DNA of 64,000 bases, taken from assembly GCF_009914755.1 (NCBI RefSeq), contig NC_060929.1. The stretch is one strand, 5' to 3'. The notes below the pieces were generated by a model that saw only the letters and a list, made by a program, of their open reading frames with translations, was not told the DNA's origin and made no database searches. Each line of letters starts with the position of its first letter. Position 1 is the first letter of the stretch. Origin of the DNA: the human T2T-CHM13v2.0 reference genome, Homo sapiens. Shown here piece by piece: positions 59,286 through 64,000 of this stretch. Made by a program: the position numbers and the translations under genes.

Positions 59286-59916
59286 ACAGTAACTTCCTTT
59301 TCTCAGAAAAGGGAATTTGTGTCAGTGAATGGTTCCTATGGTCCATTTATCAGAAGAGATTCAATTGTAAAGACTCAGAAAAGAGGCCTCTCAATTATCT
59401 TTAGACTAAAGGAACAGTGATTAATTCTGAGACATTACAGATGGATGTGTGAGTAAACAAACGTGGGCAGGAGGAAGGTTAAGAAATGCTACCGCTGCTA
59501 TTATGCCTGGCGTATAATTTTTTTCTTCTAGAGCTAATCATCCTAGCATCAAAAACAAAAGCTGAGGGATTAAGCTGTGTTCCAAGAACAGTTTTGATAA
59601 TATTAATTACGTTGGTAAATAAACGCAGAAACAACAAACAAAAATAAATCAAGCCATTTTTCAGCTCCATTGAAAAGGCAGCATTTGCCAGATGGAAAAG
59701 GTCTCAGCAACAGAGGAAAAATTGCTTTCAATCTTCTAAAGAAAGTCTAATCATGAAGACCAAAGAAGACAAACTAAAAGTCTAGAATAAAGTCTTGCTT
59801 TATTCTATTTAATAAATTTTAATAAATATGGTGGTCCTTTGTAATGAAAAAAAAAAAAACACTTTAATGACTGATGTCTGTTGATTCTCTGGAATTATAT
59901 GACAAAGTTATGTAAC

Positions 59917-59986
59917 AAGAATTTGCCTCATACATCTGTGCAGTGAACTAAAATAGTGAAAAAATAAAGAAAAAGAATTTGCCTCA
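59917..59986 (+). other. Tiny TSD-flanked, A-tailed insertion
   Basis: AAGAATTTGCCTCA at 59917-59930 and 59973-59986 flanks 42 bp ending in AAAAAATAAAGAAA. Confidence 0.6.
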
Positions 59987-60609
59987 AACTTAGTTAGTCA
60001 TTTGGGCAGTCATCAAGGAAGGAACGCCAAGACTTTTTAATAACCTGATGTCTTCAGAAGCAAAGACCAGTCAGACAAGTTTCCAGATGGAGATAAAAAT
60101 AAATCTAAAAAAAAAAAAAAAAAAAAGAGATCAGCATTAAATGGATAAGATGGAGTTTGCCAACAAAGAGAAGATGAGTAATTCTTGTTCCATGTGAATT
60201 AAAAACTCACTGTTCAATTAAAAACTCAAATTATATATCTGAAAGAACCATTGGGTTAAAAATAATAATAAAATAATAAATAATAATAAAAAAATAAAAA
60301 CTCAAATTAATTAAAAACTCAACAAATCAATCAAATGAATTAAAAACAACACAAACTCTCCATTATCATTTAGGTGTCTAAACATGCTACCTCATCAGAT
60401 CATTCTGGATTATAAACAGAACAATAATAGCTCATACATATGATTTTCTTTCACATCAAGATGTAAAATGGTTCATTAATCTCATACCACTTTGAAGAAC
60501 AGGTAGTAAAACAAGAATTTAAAGCCAGCACTACCAGTTCAAAAACTGCTAACCTAACCACCTCATTGGATTAAGGCTGAGCCACCATTTGGGTGCATTA
60601 CAGTCAGTG

Positions 60610-62375
<1,766 letters not shown>

Positions 62376-63247
62376 AAATTCCAGAGATACCATTGCATTT
62401 ACTTTTTACAAACATTTCTTTTTTAGGCACTGGGCTGAACACTGGTTGGATGGTGCCTGCTTGGGCTGAGGTGGAGACAGGCTGGAGTTAGGAAGATAAT
62501 TCTTATTTCTCCCAGTTGGGAAAGACCTAGAAAAGGATCCAGGATGTAGATGTTCCTAGGTATTCTCAATTTTGCAAAGCTGGAAGGTGTTACTTTATTA
62601 GATTCCCACAATGTGCCTTTCAGAAATGACAGTTAACAATTATTGGGTGCCAAAATACATACATGGTTTTTTATTTACATGCATCTAATACTGATTCTGT
62701 CCCTAATATAGAGCAGACACTCTACAAACACACTGAAACATTTGCAATCAGGTAAACTGTGACTTGCAAAGAGGTGGGAATAACTTTCCCAAGATTACAC
62801 ACTAGTACCCCTAACTCCCATTCTGCATGAGCTGTTGATGCTACTCTTCCACATATCCTCACATTCTGGAACCCTTCAAAATGACAGTAATTACTTTGGA
62901 GGACAGGTCCTCTATGATGTAATAAAAATAACTCTTGACTGAGAATTCTGTTCTTGTCTCAGCTCTACTAATTAGCCCTGTGAACGAGGACAAATGTCTT
63001 TACCTCACCACCTCTCAGTTTCCTCAACTAAAAAATGCTAACATGAAATGGAATGCTCTCAAAAGTACCTTTTGTTCCTAAAATTCAAAGGTGTAAGAAG
63101 TATATATTCCATGCTGGGTGTGCTGGCTCACGCCTGTAATCCCAGCACTTTGGGAGGCCAAGGCAGGTGGATCATCTCAGTTGAGGAGTTCAAGACCAGC
63201 CTGACCAACATGGTAAAACCTCGTCTCTACTAAAAATACAAAAATTG

Positions 63248-63742
<495 letters not shown>

Positions 63743-64000
63743 CTAAAAAAAAAAAAAAAAAAAAAGAAGTATATATTCTAAATTAAGGAATATATATTTG
63801 AAATTATGGGACATGTCATAATTTAAATTATGTCTTAGTCTATAATGATGTATTTGAACATGAGTATATCTTAAAGGAAAACGCCAAGAGTTTTTGTCTG
63901 ATAGAGGGCTTTAAAATACTGGCTTTAAAAAATAAATAAAAAATTAAACATTGGCTTTTAATAAAATGAATCAACTTAAAAATTATCTGGCTGGGTGTGG

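Overview
This is primate, almost certainly human, genomic DNA: CpG-depleted, with roughly 55 Alu copies or fragments, a human-specific AluYa5 and an SVA. It holds the 3' end of BHMT (betaine-homocysteine S-methyltransferase, + strand): the last two coding exons (849-1077, 6547-6730) and a 3' UTR of about 1.15 kb. About 56 kb of repeat-rich intergenic DNA follows, with no other credible coding exon. Main points of interest: (1) a full-length, sense-oriented SVA_E-like element with a perfect 18-bp TSD in the last BHMT intron, probably a polymorphic insertion; (2) a nearly pure (AAGGG)165 tract growing out of an Alu tail through AAAAG and AAAGG units, the same architecture as the RFC1/CANVAS repeat; (3) a 41-bp perfect inverted repeat enclosing a 39-bp tandem repeat; (4) two ~1-kb AT-rich tandem arrays, one with perfect palindromes; (5) a near-intact Y3 RNA pseudogene; (6) an AluYa5 nested in an older Alu; (7) a tiny TSD-flanked retro-insertion. 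I see no evidence of a new gene system. Almost all ORFs in the track are Alu, SVA or microsatellite artefacts. Repeat subfamily names come from recalled consensus sequences, and repeat boundaries are approximate.
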